From IMG/VR virus record IMGVR_UViG_3300032093_011758, positions 1-64,000 of that record: a stretch of 64,000 nucleotides of DNA, one strand, 5' to 3'. Numbering within the stretch: the first letter of the stretch is position 1; the number at the start of each line of letters is the position of its first letter. Under the pieces are notes generated by a model. That model was given only the letters and a program-made list of their open reading frames with translations. It was not told the origin of the DNA and made no database searches. The stretch comes from a virus. This document shows, piece by piece, positions 16,610 through 26,716 of this stretch. The translations under genes and the position numbers were made by a program.

Positions 16610-17519
16610 GTTTGCAGATCTTATAAAATTTGGATTAAAACCAAATACTTTGTTGCGTTTAAGCGAATCAGATTTAGGTCAACTCCATAAGAGTTTGATC
16701 AAAAAAAATAAAAAAATAAATGCAAATGAAGCTCAAGTCACAACAAAATCAACAACAGAAAAGGTGGTGACAGCACTCAAACCGGGTGACGTTATACCAA
16801 CTAATAAAGCGGGGTCCATCAAAGTTATTGATTCTAATACTTTGGAGTTGAATAATTCAGAAGTTAAAGAATCAGGTAAAAGAACAAAAAATAATCCTTT
16901 TGCAATTTGTACTGCAGAATTAGGAAAAAAATTCGGAACGACTAAAAGAAGTCAATGGACACCTTCTCAAGAAAAAAAATATGAAGCTTGTAAGGCTGAG
17001 GTTGGAGAATCTTTAAAAGAAGGAAAAAATTATTTTGATATCATTTTAGAAAGAAAAATCGTATCTTTACTTGAAACAAATTTAAGTCCGAAAATTACAA
17101 AAGGAGATTTAGTCAGATTGTTGGAAGCTAAGAAAAAACAAATAAAAAAACCTATTGGTAAAATAGCCTCTTTCGGTGTTAAGACTGAAAATAAAGAATC
17201 TGATACCAAAACTAAACCTAAAACAAAACCCGGCACAAAAACCCCCCCAAAGGAAAAACCACATGATCCTTTTAAACCTTCTCCAAGTAAACAACCAAAA
17301 CCAAAGGCAAAAAAAGAAGAAAGTAATGAAGCGGTAATGGATGCCCCGGCTAAACCTAAAACATCTCCAACTACCAAACCTGGAACTAAAACTCCACCGA
17401 GAGAAAAACCACATGACCCTTTTAAACCTTCTCCAAGTAAACAACCAAAACCAAAAGCTGGAAGAAAATTACCAAGCTGGTTAACATTTAATAGCTTAGG
17501 AATTAAATTTAAAAAATAA
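16596..17519 (+). CDS. basic Lys/Pro-rich protein with internal duplication
   Basis: Start moved to ATG 16596; TKPGTKTPPxEKPHDPFKPSPSKQPKPKA occurs twice. Confidence 0.7.
   Translation: MKTNKFADLIKFGLKPNTLLRLSESDLGQLHKSLIKKNKKINANEAQVTTKSTTEKVVTALKPGDVIPTNKAGSIKVIDSNTLELNNSEVKESGKRTKNNPFAICTAELGKKFGTTKRSQWTPSQEKKYEACKAEVGESLKEGKNYFDIILERKIVSLLETNLSPKITKGDLVRLLEAKKKQIKKPIGKIASFGVKTENKESDTKTKPKTKPGTKTPPKEKPHDPFKPSPSKQPKPKAKKEESNEAVMDAPAKPKTSPTTKPGTKTPPREKPHDPFKPSPSKQPKPKAGRKLPSWLTFNSLGIKFKK
17212..17458 (+). repeat. intragenic direct repeat, 150-bp period
   Basis: Near-identical 17253-17305 and 17403-17455. Confidence 0.8.
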
Positions 17520-18823
17520 TGAAAAAAATAATCACAAGAGAACAAATGGAGTTCGGAGATTTACCCGGAGACATTAGACCTGATCCAAGTATTCAAAGAA
17601 AAGTAGAAAGAGGTGAAACTCCATATTCTAAACATCCCGCAATGCCTGAAGGGCCCAAAAATTTTGACCAAATTGTTTCATCTAAAAGATTCAAGGATGT
17701 TGTAGAAAAGTTTGCTAGATATGCCGGAAGCACTCAAGCTTTGAGAGGTAGAAACGCGTTTCAAAATTTGATGATGAGTGCAATGGGTATGATGCAAAAT
17801 ATTGCTATGATTGAGATGAGAAACAAAGATTATCTTGAAAGATTAGCAGTTGAACTTGTACGTCAAGAAATGGGTATTCCTGAGGGAAAGATTAATTTTG
17901 AAGCGGAATTGGTTCCTATGGGGTCATTAAGAGCCGCTAGAGATATGCAAGGTGAAGCCGAAGAATATACGGACGAAGAGATTAAGGATGCTTTTGAAGA
18001 AAACACTAGTGAATTAGAAGATTTTGTTGACGCCTTTGAGAAATTTAATATGGAGAAGGCAAAAAGAAGATTCATGAATTCACTCATTCAAGGTGCGGCT
18101 AAAAAAGGACACTATATGTTTGAGTTAGTAAGGTCTGAATTAGATACGATAAGTCCACAACTCAGTAATTTATATGGTCTTTCTATGTCAACTCTTGATT
18201 ATCTTTATTGGTTATATCCGGAAGATATGGTTCAACAAATGGCTTCATCTGGTCAAGGTCAAGCCGGACAAGAAGAAGTTGATTTACAAACCGACCCCCC
18301 GACAGTAAGAGCGAAAGGTTCTAGTTTTCCTATATTAGTTCATGAGTTATTAAAAGGTGTTTATGATATTTTAGCATCGCACGGATTACCTGACGATCCA
18401 AGACAATCTGAAATGGTTCTTGGATCAGAAGATACGTTACCTGCTGAAATTTGGGATATTAGACTTGGTCCTATTTTTTGGGAAAAATTTTTGGAAGCGT
18501 TTCCTGACAAATTGTTTGAAGATGATCAGAAAATGATTAGGAATTATCTTATTTCAAGATTTTCTATGTTGACAGCCGAAGAGTTTTTAGACATTTCTAA
18601 ATCAGTTTTAGCGGGAGAATCAAGAGGTTCTAAATTTATAAAAGATTTAGTTGACACAATTGTTTCGGAACTAAAACAACAAGAGTACGATCAGGCAACA
18701 GGTGAATATGATGATGAAGAGGGTGGTTTAACCACGACTGACGGCGAGGATGAAGGTCCGGATGATGACGATGATGATGATTTAGGATTCTTATCTAAAT
18801 TAGGTATCAGTAGACCTAAATAA
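17519..18823 (+). CDS. hypothetical protein (conserved-looking, upstream of terminase)
   Basis: 434-aa ORF, TAATG overlap, acidic C-tail. Confidence 0.8.
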   Translation: MKKIITREQMEFGDLPGDIRPDPSIQRKVERGETPYSKHPAMPEGPKNFDQIVSSKRFKDVVEKFARYAGSTQALRGRNAFQNLMMSAMGMMQNIAMIEMRNKDYLERLAVELVRQEMGIPEGKINFEAELVPMGSLRAARDMQGEAEEYTDEEIKDAFEENTSELEDFVDAFEKFNMEKAKRRFMNSLIQGAAKKGHYMFELVRSELDTISPQLSNLYGLSMSTLDYLYWLYPEDMVQQMASSGQGQAGQEEVDLQTDPPTVRAKGSSFPILVHELLKGVYDILASHGLPDDPRQSEMVLGSEDTLPAEIWDIRLGPIFWEKFLEAFPDKLFEDDQKMIRNYLISRFSMLTAEEFLDISKSVLAGESRGSKFIKDLVDTIVSELKQQEYDQATGEYDDEEGGLTTTDGEDEGPDDDDDDDLGFLSKLGISRPK

Positions 18824-18846
18824 CTATAATCTTTTAAAAAACAATT

Positions 18847-18871
18847 AAACCCCTCATTTTTGAGGGGTTTT
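18847..18871 (+). terminator. intrinsic terminator
   Basis: AAACCCCTCA-TTTT-TGAGGGGTTTT. Confidence 0.7.
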
Positions 18872-18873
18872 GA

Positions 18874-18880
18874 TATTTAT
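18874..18880 (+). promoter_or_regulatory. putative phage late promoter TATTTAT (representative copy)
   Basis: Same motif at 13808, 20653, 22522, 23999, 25100, 30271, 32214, 60219 (+) and 23451, 36193, 40246, 60199 (-), each shortly before a start codon. Confidence 0.65.
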
Positions 18881-18885
18881 AACAT

Positions 18886-20652
18886 ATGGGGCTAACAAAA
18901 GAACAATTAATTGTGGAGTATTCAAAGTGTGTAAAAAATACTCCATATGCGTTAAAAACTTACTTACAAACATACGATAATACCGTATCCCAATATGTTC
19001 CTTTGGAACTTTTTCCGGATCAGGAATCGTTGTTAGAGGATTATGAAAAGTATAATGAAAACATCGCTTTGAAATATCGTCAAGCGGGAGTATCTACAGT
19101 AACCGCGGCTTGGATATCCAAAAAGATTGCTTTTGCACAAAAGAAAAAACCGGAAAAAATTCTAATAATTGCAAATAAGTTAGATACCGCAATTGAAATG
19201 GCAAATAAGGTTCGTTCATTTACAGAACAATGGCCGAAATGGACTGGTATCGCTTTTTCAAAAGAAAAGGATTCTCAGAGACATTATAAATTGAACAATG
19301 GTTGTGAAGTTAAAGCGGTAGCAACCTCAAAAGATGCCCTTCGTGGATATACACCAACAATACTGATATTTGACGAGGCCGCGTATATTGAGGCTGATAG
19401 TGATTTCTGGGCGGCTTGTATGGCCTCTCTTTCTACCGGTGGTAAAGTTATAGTTATTTCAACACCTAATGGATTTGACCCCATATATTACGAGATATAC
19501 GATCAAGCCTTGAGATCTATGAATGAATTCAAAATTTCTGAGATGTATTGGTTTAAAGATCCAAGATATACCAAAGATTTGAGACTTCTCAAAGTTGACG
19601 ATTTAATTCATTATCTATTGAATAGAGAAGATTATAAAAATATTGATACTATAGATTATTCTCATCTGAGTTTTACACAAAGGAATTTTGATGAGATAAA
19701 ACAGAAGATTGCGGATGGATATAAACCTACTTCAACATGGTTTGAAGGGATGGTTAAAAAATTAAAGTTTGACAAACGTAAAGTATCTCAGGAATTGGAG
19801 TGTAATTTTTTGGGATCCGGTGATAATGTATTTGATGCAAAATTAATGCAAAGTATTCATCAAAACTTCATCAAAGATCCTGAAAATAAAATGATGGGTG
19901 GGTCATTATGGATGTGGAAAGAACCGAAAGCTGATCATAAGTATATTCTTGGTATGGACGTATCAAGAGGAGATTCTGAGGATTTTACATCTATCATTAT
20001 AATTGATTTTGACGAGAGAGAACAGGTCCTTGAATACCTTGGTAAGGTTCCCCCGGATGTTGCCGCCGAGATTGCTTATAAATGGGGAATGATGTATAAC
20101 GCGTTCATAGTTATTGATATCACCGGAGGTATGGGTGTGTCAAGTGCAAGGAAACTTCAAGAGATGGGGTATAAGAATTTATACGTGGATAATATTGAAG
20201 CAAATAATCCTTGGAAATACAACGCGAAATTACTTGAAAAAATACCAGGCATAAACTTCAACAATAAAAGAGTTCAGATTATTGCGGCTTTTGAAGAGGC
20301 AATCAGACACGGGTTTAAAATTTATAGTCAAAGATTGTTTAATGAAATGAACACCTTCATTTACATAAACGGAAGACCAGACCATCAAAAAGGACATCAC
20401 GATGACCTGATTATGGGAATATCTATGGCTGTTTATGTTGGTGAAAACTCATTTTCACAACTCAAAAAAGTTGGAGAACAAACAAAGGCCATGATTGAAT
20501 CATGGACAGTAAATTCAAATGAAAATAGTAGTAAGCAAATATCATTCAACCCTGTATTACCTGCCGGACCTATCATGGGAAATCAAAGAATGAATGAACC
20601 CACTAGAAAAGATTATGAAACTTACGGGTGGTTATTTGGTGGAAGGAGATAG
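18886..20652 (+). CDS. terL: terminase large subunit (T4 gp17-like)
   Basis: LFPDQ adenine motif, KYRQAGVST Walker A, LIFDEAA Walker B, ISTPNG, QELEC, GMDVSRG, HDDL nuclease motifs. Confidence 0.93.
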   Translation: MGLTKEQLIVEYSKCVKNTPYALKTYLQTYDNTVSQYVPLELFPDQESLLEDYEKYNENIALKYRQAGVSTVTAAWISKKIAFAQKKKPEKILIIANKLDTAIEMANKVRSFTEQWPKWTGIAFSKEKDSQRHYKLNNGCEVKAVATSKDALRGYTPTILIFDEAAYIEADSDFWAACMASLSTGGKVIVISTPNGFDPIYYEIYDQALRSMNEFKISEMYWFKDPRYTKDLRLLKVDDLIHYLLNREDYKNIDTIDYSHLSFTQRNFDEIKQKIADGYKPTSTWFEGMVKKLKFDKRKVSQELECNFLGSGDNVFDAKLMQSIHQNFIKDPENKMMGGSLWMWKEPKADHKYILGMDVSRGDSEDFTSIIIIDFDEREQVLEYLGKVPPDVAAEIAYKWGMMYNAFIVIDITGGMGVSSARKLQEMGYKNLYVDNIEANNPWKYNAKLLEKIPGINFNNKRVQIIAAFEEAIRHGFKIYSQRLFNEMNTFIYINGRPDHQKGHHDDLIMGISMAVYVGENSFSQLKKVGEQTKAMIESWTVNSNENSSKQISFNPVLPAGPIMGNQRMNEPTRKDYETYGWLFGGRR

Positions 20653-20688
20653 TATTTATTAAAAAAAAGGATATATTAAATTTATAGA

Positions 20689-22521
20689 ATGGAACAAAAT
20701 AATAAAAATATGACAATTTGGCAAAGGCTATCAACCGCTTTTGGCCCAAATTCCCTTTTGAGTCAAGATTATCCTACGTTCAGGTATGATAAAAAAGAAT
20801 TACTCAAAACCACAAATAAACAAGAGTACGAGAAACAAAAATTACAGGCTCAACAGACTGTATATCTTGCCAATCAGTGGACAAAAATAGAAAATAATCT
20901 TTATGTTCAAGGAGTTTATTTTGAACCGACACGTTTGGCTTCGTATTATGATTATGAATCCATGGAATACACACCGGAGATATCTGCCGCGTTAGATATA
21001 TATGCTGAAGAATCAACTACAACAAGTCAGAATGGTTATGTCTTACAAATTTATTCTGAATCAAAAAGAATTAAATCGGTGTTAGCGGACTTGTTTAATA
21101 ATGCACTTGATATCAATACTAATCTTGTAATGTGGACAAGAAATACTTGTAAATATGGTGACAATTTTGTGTACCTAAAATTGGACCCTGAGAAAGGTGT
21201 TGTTGGTTGTTTGCAACTTCCTAATATTGAAATTGAAAGAGTTGAAAGAAGTATGAAGGGTAAATCAACTTTGGATAGTGGTGATTCAGAACAAAAAGCG
21301 TTGAAGTTTCATTGGAAAAATAGAGATTTAGAATTTAATACTTGGGAGATAGCACACTTTAGATTACTCGGTGATGATAGAAAATTACCTTACGGAACTT
21401 CTATGTTGGAAAAGGCAAGAAGAATTTGGAAACAGCTCCTTTTGTCAGAAGATGCTATGTTAATTTACAGAACCTCAAGAGCACCTGAAAGAAGGGTATT
21501 TAAGGTTTTTGTTGGTAATATGGATGATAAAGACGTTGAACAATACGTACAACGTGTTGCAAACAAATTCAAAAGAGATCAGGTTGTGGATCACAAAACA
21601 GGTAATGTTGATTTGAGATTTAATCAAATGGCGGTGGATCAGGATTATTTTATTCCGGTTAGAGACCCCGCACAAACTATGCCAATTGAAACTTTACCAG
21701 GAGGTACCAATCTATCTGAGATAGCAGATATTGAATACATTCAAAAGAAATTATTAACCGCTTTGAGAGTTCCAAAAGCTTTCTTAGGGTTTGAAGAAGT
21801 CACTGGAGAAGGTAAAAATTTATCTTTACAGGATATCAGGTTTGCAAGAACTATCAACAGAATCCAAAAAAATATGTTGGCGGAGTTAAATAAAATAGCC
21901 ATTATACATTTATTTTTATTAGGTTTTGAAGATGAATTATCAAACTTTGTTCTCACTTTAAATAATCCATCTAGCCAAGCGGATCTATTGAAAGTGGAAG
22001 TTTGGAAAGAAAAAATTACGCTATATAAAGATGCGGTTGGAGCTATTGATGGTATTGCACCTGTTTCACAATCATGGGCGAAAAAGAATATTCTTGGATT
22101 CTCTGATGAAGAAATCAAACTTGATATACAACAACAAAGAATTGAAAAAGCGGTGGCCAAAGAACTTGAAAATACTCCTAATGTCATTATGAAAACCGGA
22201 ATTTTTGATGGTGTTGATAAGTTATACGGTGTTACCTCCGGTACTACAGGTGGAGGTGAATCTATTAGTGGTGGAGAAAGTGGAGGAGGATCAAGTCCTG
22301 CAGGATTAGGAGGACCAAGTCCCGAACCTCCGGGTGGCGGGGAAGAACCAGGTGGTCCGCCTCCAGGTGGTGAATTAACACCCGAATCAAAGAAAGATAA
22401 TTTGAACATTTTATTGGAAAATGATGATTTTTTAAGTGATGATTTGCTGATAGATTTATCCAAAGCTAAAAATTCTTTGGGTGAGATGGAAAAAGAATTG
22501 GAAAAACTTTTGAATAGTTAA
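20689..22521 (+). CDS. portal protein (T4 gp20-like)
   Basis: PEISAALD, EDAMLIYRTSRAPERRVF, DYFIP, IETLPGG, ALRVP. Confidence 0.93.
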   Translation: MEQNNKNMTIWQRLSTAFGPNSLLSQDYPTFRYDKKELLKTTNKQEYEKQKLQAQQTVYLANQWTKIENNLYVQGVYFEPTRLASYYDYESMEYTPEISAALDIYAEESTTTSQNGYVLQIYSESKRIKSVLADLFNNALDINTNLVMWTRNTCKYGDNFVYLKLDPEKGVVGCLQLPNIEIERVERSMKGKSTLDSGDSEQKALKFHWKNRDLEFNTWEIAHFRLLGDDRKLPYGTSMLEKARRIWKQLLLSEDAMLIYRTSRAPERRVFKVFVGNMDDKDVEQYVQRVANKFKRDQVVDHKTGNVDLRFNQMAVDQDYFIPVRDPAQTMPIETLPGGTNLSEIADIEYIQKKLLTALRVPKAFLGFEEVTGEGKNLSLQDIRFARTINRIQKNMLAELNKIAIIHLFLLGFEDELSNFVLTLNNPSSQADLLKVEVWKEKITLYKDAVGAIDGIAPVSQSWAKKNILGFSDEEIKLDIQQQRIEKAVAKELENTPNVIMKTGIFDGVDKLYGVTSGTTGGGESISGGESGGGSSPAGLGGPSPEPPGGGEEPGGPPPGGELTPESKKDNLNILLENDDFLSDDLLIDLSKAKNSLGEMEKELEKLLNS

Positions 22522-22543
22522 TATTTATTAATAAAATTACAAT

Positions 22544-23248
22544 ATGGAATTCGGACTATTAAAATCCAAAATAGAAAAAAAATTAGCAGATTCTTATCTG
22601 AATGAATCTTTCAAAAAAGAAATAGCTAATTTTAAAAAAATTGTTTTAAGTAATGAAAGCTTAAGTAAAGCGTTTCATATCTATAACGAACTAAATGATA
22701 ATAAAAATTATTCAGACAGATTTGCTGAAGATTTTTTGGAGGAATGTATTGATCTTTATAATAGATTAGAGGTTGATGAAAAAAGTTTTTTTCTTTTAGA
22801 GAAATGGGTAAGCGATGTTAAAACTGAAAACAATTATACAGTTATAGATAAAGTTTTAAACAAAGGTTCAGTATTAATAGAAGATAGAATTAAATCTAAA
22901 ACTATTATCATTGAAAAACTTAAAAAACCGAAGATTAAAAAAGAAACTATCAATATTTCTCTTTCTGAAATGGTAAATGTTGCAAATCAAAATTTAGAAA
23001 AATATCTATCTGAGTTGAATGAGTCAGATCTGAACATGATAAAGAAATATAAATCACTGAACGAATCAGATTTGAAAAAAAGATATGAGGTGATAAGTGA
23101 AATTGTTATAGAAAAATTAGATCAAATTCAGAAAAACTCAAATGAAGAAATAAAAGGTAAAATTAATGAGACTATAAATAAAATCAAAAGTCAAGATATT
23201 AATCCGCTAAATTTAGTTAAGTTAATTAGTTTGAACGAAACTTTATAA
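22544..23248 (+). CDS. hypothetical head-region protein
   Basis: 234-aa helical ORF after portal, TATTTAT upstream. Confidence 0.75.
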   Translation: MEFGLLKSKIEKKLADSYLNESFKKEIANFKKIVLSNESLSKAFHIYNELNDNKNYSDRFAEDFLEECIDLYNRLEVDEKSFFLLEKWVSDVKTENNYTVIDKVLNKGSVLIEDRIKSKTIIIEKLKKPKIKKETINISLSEMVNVANQNLEKYLSELNESDLNMIKKYKSLNESDLKKRYEVISEIVIEKLDQIQKNSNEEIKGKINETINKIKSQDINPLNLVKLISLNETL

Positions 23249-23434
23249 ACTTTTTGATTTTAATTTTTGTCTGTAAATCGCCTTCTTTTTTTCAGTTCTT
23301 AATACTACAGATTTTTTCGTGAATTCTTTTTTATCTCTTAACAATTCGTTTTGTTTAGATTTAATGACCTTCTGTTTCAGAACTTTCAAGGCTTTTTCTA
23401 ATGTTAAGTTTTTATCTAAATTTATTATAAACAT
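23243..23434 (-). CDS. rpsU: 30S ribosomal protein bS21 (phage-encoded)
   Basis: LEKALKVLKQKV...LRDKKEFTKKSV...KAIYRQ matches the Bacteroidota bS21 pattern; start moved to ATG 23434 (63 aa). Confidence 0.88.
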   Translation of the reverse strand: MFIINLDKNLTLEKALKVLKQKVIKSKQNELLRDKKEFTKKSVVLRTEKKKAIYRQKLKSKSL

Positions 23435-23530
23435 TAAATAACTTTTATATATAAATATACTGAAGTTTTTTGACATGGATGTTTTATTTTCATATTTTTT
23501 TTAAAATAAACTTTATGAATATGAAAATTA

Positions 23531-23980
23531 ATGAAAAAAGGAAAAAACTCTAAATTGACCGGACATAAATCATTCAAAATAAATTATGGCACCGTAGATT
23601 CAAAAAATTTAAAATCTGTTTATCTCACAATTCAAACATGGGCTGAACCTAAAAAAGAAATAAATTCTCCAACAAGATCCGTAAATTTTCTATCAAGACA
23701 AATCAAACATTCAATATTGGACATACTTGATAAAAACCTATTCAACGAAAAATTTATAGTTGATTTAGATCTAAGATCAAGTGGTATACAAATGGGAAAA
23801 AAATCATTCCTTAATTTAGAATGTTTTTTTTACTTGAAAGAAGAAGAAGATTTTAAATCATACAGATTGAAAAATGAAATAAAAAAAGTTTGTGATTACA
23901 TCATCAAAAAAAATTTCATCACATCTGAAACTTATACATTTTCTTTAACTAAAAAGGACAAAGCATTAAGAGAAAATTGA
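23531..23980 (+). CDS. hypothetical protein
   Basis: 149-aa ORF between bS21 and protease. Confidence 0.75.
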   Translation: MKKGKNSKLTGHKSFKINYGTVDSKNLKSVYLTIQTWAEPKKEINSPTRSVNFLSRQIKHSILDILDKNLFNEKFIVDLDLRSSGIQMGKKSFLNLECFFYLKEEEDFKSYRLKNEIKKVCDYIIKKNFITSETYTFSLTKKDKALREN

Positions 23981-24018
23981 ATTAATAAACTTTTAATATA
24001 TTTATATTAAAAAACAAA

Positions 24019-24747
24019 ATGAGAATACTAGGCCCAAATGAAATAGGTAAAGGAATATTAGTTGAGTATGACGCGGGTTATATTTCCCCAACAGATAAAT
24101 ACAACATTGAAATAATTAAGGAATCTAAAAATTTTTTAGATTATTCCAAACCTTTTGAGTTTTATGCTGTTCTTCAAAAGTATAATACACCAAATAGAAA
24201 CGGAAGAATTTATCCTGAAAAGATTCTGAAAAGGGAAGCTGATAACTATAAAAAAATTATTCAGAAAGGAACCGCTCTTTCAGAATTAAATCACCCTGAA
24301 TCTTCATTAATTGATCTTGATAGAGTTTCACATATGATTAGTGACGTTTGGTGGGAAGGTAATATTTTGATGGGAAAGTTGAAATTATTAACATCTCCGG
24401 GTTTTCATGAGAGAGGTATAATTTCTTGTAAAGGGGATATCGCAGCAAACTATCTTAGACAAGGGGTTACATTAGGAATTTCATCAAGAGGTGTTGGATC
24501 ACTGGCTAAGAAAGGAGATCAAAATGAAGTACAGGATGATTTTGAACTTATATGTTTTGACCTTGTGTCTTCTCCATCTACACCAGGTGCTTATTTGTTT
24601 TTGAACGCGGAAGATAGAAATAAATATGAAGAAAATTTGGAGGAAGAAAACAAGATGAAACAAAGTAGAATATCTCCTCTTGATAGTTCACAGACCGATA
24701 AGTCGCTTGATTTAATGAAAAAATTGTCTACATTTCTTGAAAAATAA
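24019..24747 (+). CDS. prohead core protease (T4 gp21-like)
   Basis: NRNGRIY, ELNHP, VSH, GISSRGVGS, DLVSSPSTPGA. Confidence 0.93.
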   Translation: MRILGPNEIGKGILVEYDAGYISPTDKYNIEIIKESKNFLDYSKPFEFYAVLQKYNTPNRNGRIYPEKILKREADNYKKIIQKGTALSELNHPESSLIDLDRVSHMISDVWWEGNILMGKLKLLTSPGFHERGIISCKGDIAANYLRQGVTLGISSRGVGSLAKKGDQNEVQDDFELICFDLVSSPSTPGAYLFLNAEDRNKYEENLEEENKMKQSRISPLDSSQTDKSLDLMKKLSTFLEK

Positions 24748-24750
24748 ATT

Positions 24751-24960
24751 ATGGAAGAAAAGTATTTTGTAGCAAAAATTCAGTATGATTTACCGGATGA
24801 AGCAACTGGTAAAATTAAAAAAATCAGAGAAGAAAAATTAGTAAGAGGTTATTCTGTAACAGATGTTGAAGCTAAAGTTACTAAAGCTTATGAAAGTTTT
24901 AGTCAAGAATGGAGAATCACATCAGTTGCGGAAAGTAAAATTGATGAAGTGATTAACTAA
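24751..24960 (+). CDS. DUF4494-like small protein
   Basis: YFVAKIQY...GKIKKIREEKLV...SVTDVEAKV...ESKIDEV resembles Bacteroidota DUF4494. Confidence 0.55.
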   Translation: MEEKYFVAKIQYDLPDEATGKIKKIREEKLVRGYSVTDVEAKVTKAYESFSQEWRITSVAESKIDEVIN

Positions 24961-24979
24961 TAAAATTAATTTTTTTTAC

Positions 24980-25007
24980 AAAGGAGAGTGTTAACTCTCC
25001 TTTTTTT
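24980..25007 (+). terminator. intrinsic terminator
   Basis: AAAGGAGAGT-GTTA-ACTCTCCTTTTTTT. Confidence 0.75.
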
Positions 25008-25124
25008 ATTATTGGAAATATTTATATGATAAATAAACCGGATATAACTTCTCTTAAGTACAAAAAAATAAAAAGATTGTACTTTTTGATAAGTTGTAAT
25101 ATTTATTGAAAATAATAAAATTAA

Positions 25125-26690
25125 ATGGCAGAAAAAAAATCTTTAGTAGAAGAAACATTAATCCAAATGAAAGATTTGGAAAATGTTATTTCTGAAAACG
25201 CAAAAGGAATACTTCAATCTACAATGAAAGAAGAAATCGGAGAATTAGTAAAAGAATCATTGATGGAACAAGATGAAGAACCATCAGTTGGTTTCAAAGA
25301 TGAAGAAGATGTTGAAGTTGATGTTGAAGACAATTTGGAAATGCCGGGTGATGAAGATTCAGATGAATTTGAAGTACCTACGGATACCGATGTTGATCAA
25401 CCAATTGACTTAACTCAGGCTTCAGATGAAGAAATACTCAAAGTATTCAAAGGTATGGGTGAAGATGATGGTATTATTATCAAAAAAGATGGTAATATTA
25501 TAGATCTTGAAGATACCGATGAAGATGTTGAGTATAAAATTCAAATGGGCGAATCAGAAGAAGAAAATTTTGATTTCTCTGAATTTCATGATGATGAAGA
25601 TGATGATTATGAAATTGATCTCATGGGAAATAATGACGATGATCATAAATTTAAACCTATGGGTAAAATGAAAATGGATTCTGAAGAAACGTTCTTTGAT
25701 GATGAGGATGATGAATATTCTCCGATGATTGCAAAAGAAGACATCGTCTACGAAATTGAAATGGGTGATACAAATGATTTGGAAGAATCTGAAGAAGATG
25801 GGGAATATGACCTTGAAGAATCTGAAGAAGATGGGGAATATGACCTTGAAGAATCTGAAGAAGATGGGGAATATGACCTTGAAGAATCTGAAGAAGATGG
25901 GGAATATGACCTTGAAGAATCTGAAGAAGATGAAGAAGAAATTGTTTACGAAATTGAAGTAGACGAAGACGAAAACGAAGATGATTATGGAAAAGTAGAA
26001 GAAGGTTTCAAACGCAAAAAAGGAAAACCAACTTTTAAGTACAAAACTCAATCAGGTGGTTTTGATGAACACATGAAAGAAGGTCCAAAATCCGTTGGTA
26101 CGGGTAGTGCTAAAAAGTTTAAGTATTCCGATGGTGAGAACGCCGGTAGTAAATTGGGTAAGAATAAAATAGTTAAAAAGTCTGAAACAAAAGAAGCTTC
26201 AAGAACTTTAGGTGCTGGTAGATATTTTGGAAAAAAAGGATTACCAAAACCTAAAGCGGCTCCAAGACATCTTAGAGTTGAATCTAACGAAGTTGAATTA
26301 AATTTGTTAAGAGAGAAGAATGAAGAGTACAGAAAAGCTCTTAATTTATTCAGAGGCAAATTAAATGAAGTTGCAGTTTTTAATTCTAATTTGGCTTACG
26401 CAACAAGATTGTTTACCGAGCATTCAACAACTAAACAAGAAAAAATCAATATCTTAAGAAGATTTGATTCAGTTGAAACTTTAAAAGAGTCAAAATCTCT
26501 TTACAAAACAATAAAAGATGAACTTTCATCTCAAACTAGTAACAAACCTACAAAAGAGGCAATCCAAGAACAGATTGAAAGAACTCCGGCGTCAGGTTCT
26601 GCGACTAACTTAATTGAGTCAAAAACTTATGAAAATCCTCAATTTATGAGAATGAAAGACTTGATGGTCAAAATGAACATCAAAAACTAA
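25125..26690 (+). CDS. prohead scaffold/core protein (gp22-like position)
   Basis: Very acidic, C-terminal coiled coil (LNEVAVFNSNLAY), between protease and MCP, many x-x-E cleavage-like sites. Confidence 0.75.
   Translation: MAEKKSLVEETLIQMKDLENVISENAKGILQSTMKEEIGELVKESLMEQDEEPSVGFKDEEDVEVDVEDNLEMPGDEDSDEFEVPTDTDVDQPIDLTQASDEEILKVFKGMGEDDGIIIKKDGNIIDLEDTDEDVEYKIQMGESEEENFDFSEFHDDEDDDYEIDLMGNNDDDHKFKPMGKMKMDSEETFFDDEDDEYSPMIAKEDIVYEIEMGDTNDLEESEEDGEYDLEESEEDGEYDLEESEEDGEYDLEESEEDGEYDLEESEEDEEEIVYEIEVDEDENEDDYGKVEEGFKRKKGKPTFKYKTQSGGFDEHMKEGPKSVGTGSAKKFKYSDGENAGSKLGKNKIVKKSETKEASRTLGAGRYFGKKGLPKPKAAPRHLRVESNEVELNLLREKNEEYRKALNLFRGKLNEVAVFNSNLAYATRLFTEHSTTKQEKINILRRFDSVETLKESKSLYKTIKDELSSQTSNKPTKEAIQEQIERTPASGSATNLIESKTYENPQFMRMKDLMVKMNIKN
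25782..25932 (+). repeat. 33-bp perfect tandem repeat, ~4.6 copies (EESEEDGEYDL)
   Basis: GAAGAATCTGAAGAAGATGGGGAATATGACCTT repeated in frame. Confidence 0.92.
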
Positions 26691-26716
26691 TAAACTAAAA
26701 ATTAAATAAAAACAAA

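Noticed and set aside
21741-22463. 240-aa antisense ORF over the portal gene (similarly 17030-17545, 25554-26051, 38005-39120)
   Set aside because: Antisense shadows of real genes with low-complexity translations and no motifs
25782-25932. Possible CRISPR array (33-bp repeats)
   Set aside because: Head-to-tail repeats with no spacers, in frame within a CDS; no cas genes in the window
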